Of a DNA stretch of 32,000 nt, positions 29,539 through 32,000 are shown in pieces. Under the pieces are notes generated by a model. The model worked only from the letters and a program-made list of their open reading frames with translations, did not search any database and was not told where the DNA came from. Within the stretch, counting starts at the first letter, position 1. Every line of letters starts with the position of its first letter. Location of the stretch: contig NZ_CP019633.1 of the NCBI RefSeq assembly GCF_001997385.1, positions 1,950,001-1,982,000 of the forward strand, written 5' to 3'. The position numbers and the translations under genes are program-made. The stretch is from Sedimentisphaera cyanobacteriorum. GTDB taxonomy: Bacteria > Planctomycetota > Phycisphaerae > Sedimentisphaerales > Sedimentisphaeraceae.

Positions 29539-31254
29539 CTAATCTTCTGCCGGCCTGCGGGCGAAAACAATTCCTGCCTCTATTGTTACCCAGAGAGCGA
29601 GCAGGAATACCAGCCCCCCGATAGCCACGAGCAGGATATTTCCGTTCTCGGCAAATCTTATTTCGTTGAGCACCATCGCCCAGTTTGTGATAATCAGCAT
29701 AAATATGCAGGGAATCAGGGCGAAGATAAATTTCTTCCCGCCTTTGGTGCGCAGATAAAGCGTTATTACCAGAAGAGCCAGTGCAGCGAGAAGCTGATTT
29801 GCGCTTCCGAAAAGCGGCCAGAGAACCAGAGCCCCTTTTCCGCCTGCGCCGTTTGCAAAAGCCAGCCCTGCTGCTGTGAGCACTGCAAGGCTTGTGGCTG
29901 TCCAGCGGTTTTTCAGCCAGCTGATTTTGAAGTCCTGAGCCAGTTCGCCCACCACATACCTCTGAAGACGCACTGAAGTATCGAGAGTTGTGCTTGCGAA
30001 AGAGGCAATGAAAACGCCCATAAGCGTCGTGCCAACGGCTGCTGGTATCCCGATAGAGCCCATCATATTTGCCGCACCTAACACTACAGGCCTTAGTTTG
30101 CTGTTCAGACCCTGCGAGCCGATATAGTTTGAATACTGCTCGTTCCACGCTGCAGCACCCGTGAGGGTTTGCCCGTCAACCTCAAGAGCCATTCCGATTC
30201 CCGCAGATACACATACAATCACCAAAAGCGCAAGCACCCCCTCCAGCAGCATTGAACCGTAGCCAACGAAAAGCGAATCGGTTTCTTTCTCCACCTGTTT
30301 CGGGCTTGTACCTGAGGCCACAAGCGAATGAAACCCGCTCACTGCCCCGCACGCAATCACCACAAACATAAACGGCCAGATCGCCGGGGTGGTTTCCGGG
30401 ACATTTTGATTTATCATCGGTGCAGACATCTCAAAATCTGTTGTAAAACCGGAAAAAACTGCTCCTGCAATAAGCAGAGTCAGTGCTACGAAAAGCTGCC
30501 ATGCGTTGATATAGTCCCTCGGCTGTAAAAGCGTTGTTACCGAAAGAGTGGAGGCAATCCATGCGTAGATAAGAAGAAGAATCACCCAAACCCCGGAGGC
30601 TGGAATCCCCATCATAGAGGGAATCTCAATCGGGAAGTAAGAACCTGCAATAATCATCAGATACATAGCTATAACCGCTGCTGCTGTGCTGATATTCACG
30701 TTCGCACCCATTTTGTAAACCGCTTTACCGAGCAGTACAGCTATCGGTATCTGAAACCATACAGGAATCACCGAATTGGGAAAGAGGGTGAATACGCTCG
30801 CTATTACAACGCCGAAAACCGCTATCAGAATCAGCAGTGTTAGGAATACAACCGCAAAGAATATAAATCGCACGCGTTTGTTGATGTATTTCGCTGCGGC
30901 TTCCGATACGCTCCTGCCCTCATTACGCATTGATATTACAAGCGAGCCGAAATCGTGCACGGCACCCATAAATATAGAGCCGAGAAAAATCCACAGAACC
31001 GCCGGAAGCCAGCCCCAGATTATACCGATAGCAGGACCTACAATCGGGCCGGTGCCCGCAATGGATGTGTAGTGATGGCCGAAGATTATGCCTCGCTTCG
31101 AGGGGACGTAGTCTATCCCGTCGTTTATCTTTCTGCTCGGAACCTCTCTTGAGTTGTCAAGCCGGAATATCTTGCGGGCGAGAAACCTGCCGTAGGTGTT
31201 GTAGGCAATAATATAACCAACAAAACAGACTGCTAATAAAATAAGCGTTTCCAA
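29539..31254 (-). CDS. cstA: Carbon starvation protein A (peptide/pyruvate transporter family)
   Basis: The 571-aa polytopic membrane protein contains FGHHYTSIAGTGPIVGPAIG, the CstA N-terminal hallmark. Confidence 0.9.
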   Translation of the reverse strand: METLILLAVCFVGYIIAYNTYGRFLARKIFRLDNSREVPSRKINDGIDYVPSKRGIIFGHHYTSIAGTGPIVGPAIGIIWGWLPAVLWIFLGSIFMGAVHDFGSLVISMRNEGRSVSEAAAKYINKRVRFIFFAVVFLTLLILIAVFGVVIASVFTLFPNSVIPVWFQIPIAVLLGKAVYKMGANVNISTAAAVIAMYLMIIAGSYFPIEIPSMMGIPASGVWVILLLIYAWIASTLSVTTLLQPRDYINAWQLFVALTLLIAGAVFSGFTTDFEMSAPMINQNVPETTPAIWPFMFVVIACGAVSGFHSLVASGTSPKQVEKETDSLFVGYGSMLLEGVLALLVIVCVSAGIGMALEVDGQTLTGAAAWNEQYSNYIGSQGLNSKLRPVVLGAANMMGSIGIPAAVGTTLMGVFIASFASTTLDTSVRLQRYVVGELAQDFKISWLKNRWTATSLAVLTAAGLAFANGAGGKGALVLWPLFGSANQLLAALALLVITLYLRTKGGKKFIFALIPCIFMLIITNWAMVLNEIRFAENGNILLVAIGGLVFLLALWVTIEAGIVFARRPAED

Positions 31255-31439
31255 AATAAACTCTCCGAAAAAAATTATGTTATGCTGAAATATTATAATA
31301 GTATTAAAATCATATCAAACCAAAAAGGCGATTTTCGAAAAGAAATTATATTTGCTATTTAAGTGAAAAGTGCTGATAATTACGGCTGAAAGCTGATTAT
31401 TTAAGGTAAAGTTTTGTTAAACGAACCATTCAAGGCTAT

Positions 31440-32000
31440 ATGACAGCGAGAAAGAAGAACAATTCCGCCCCGCCTTTGAGGGCAAAGGGAAAAACAAAAC
31501 CCGGCACGCACAAGCCGGTGCTCGAAAGAGAGATTCTGAAAAATCTCTCACCCGGCATGGGAGAAACTGCCGCAGACTGCACGCTCGGCTACGGCGGGCA
31601 TGCGGGCAAAATTATGGAAAAGCTGGGCGAAGAAGGCCTGCTTCTCGGCTTTGATGTTGACATCGCTGAGCTGAAGAAGACCGAAAAAAGGCTCAGCTCT
31701 CTGAAGTGCGGATTCAGGGGGATAAACAGGAATTTCCGTTTTATCAAAGAAGCAGCAGCAGAGCTTGGAATCAGCGGATTTGATGTTATACTCGCTGACT
31801 TAGGCGTTTCGAGTATGCAGGTGGATAATCCGCAAAGGGGAATAAGCTACAAGTCAAACGGGCCTCTGGATATGCGAATGGACACCAGCCTTGAACTTAC
31901 AGGCGAGAAGATTCTCCGTGAGTATTCCGAGGGAAAGCTCTCAGAAATATTCGACAAATATTCCGATGAACCCGACAGCGAAACCATCGCCTCCTTTATA
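31440..32000 (+). CDS. rsmH: 16S rRNA (cytosine1402-N4)-methyltransferase, N-terminal 187 codons (3' end outside the window)
   Basis: Read by hand from the ATG at 31440, open to the window end. It contains HKPVL, DCTLGYGGHA, LADLGVSSMQVDNPQRGISY and GPLDMRM. It is not in the ORF track because there is no stop codon in the window. Confidence 0.85.
   Translation, partial: MTARKKNNSAPPLRAKGKTKPGTHKPVLEREILKNLSPGMGETAADCTLGYGGHAGKIMEKLGEEGLLLGFDVDIAELKKTEKRLSSLKCGFRGINRNFRFIKEAAAELGISGFDVILADLGVSSMQVDNPQRGISYKSNGPLDMRMDTSLELTGEKILREYSEGKLSEIFDKYSDEPDSETIASFI

Noticed and set aside
29504-30148. 214-aa minus-strand ORF overlapping cstA
   Set aside because: It is in an alternative frame of the cstA coding region. 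It is extremely Arg/Ser/Gly-rich, whereas the cstA frame has clear family motifs.

Overview
The window is a bacterial chromosomal segment. Secreted sulfatase, GH2, GLUG-repeat and dockerin-like-tailed proteins suggest a Planctomycetota/PVC (Phycisphaerae-like) organism, but that is inference only. Core genes dominate: amtB-glnK, gdhA, class II fba, an EF-G2-type GTPase, cstA, rsmH, rpiB, tRNA-Leu(GAG) and tRNA-Arg(CCU). Embedded among them, all on the minus strand, are two blocks of intact phage-type head and packaging genes. Block 1 (14248->9692) is portal, scaffold, DUF5309/SU10-type HK97-fold major capsid, a 218-aa protein, a TM coiled-coil protein and a lipoprotein, followed by a terminator. 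Block 2 (4666->538) is a double sigma-r4-like HTH protein, a soluble ABC-type ATPase, a GNAT-fold protein, a TerS-like protein, rpiB and the large terminase. The blocks are separated by amtB-glnK, a complete IS element with perfect 20-bp inverted repeats, tRNA-Leu and an FHA gene. I see no integrase, tail, replication, holin or endolysin genes. The locus is therefore not an ordinary prophage. It may be a decayed prophage remnant or a domesticated, GTA-like capsid/packaging system. The translationally coupled HTH/ATPase/GNAT cassette does not match any system I can name. Two secreted proteins are each separated from their dockerin-like C-terminal tail: one by an in-frame TGA at a conserved Trp position, the other by a frameshift in a 10-nt G/C homopolymer. 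No CRISPR array or rRNA was seen. All calls come from reading the translations and sequence by eye; no searches were run.
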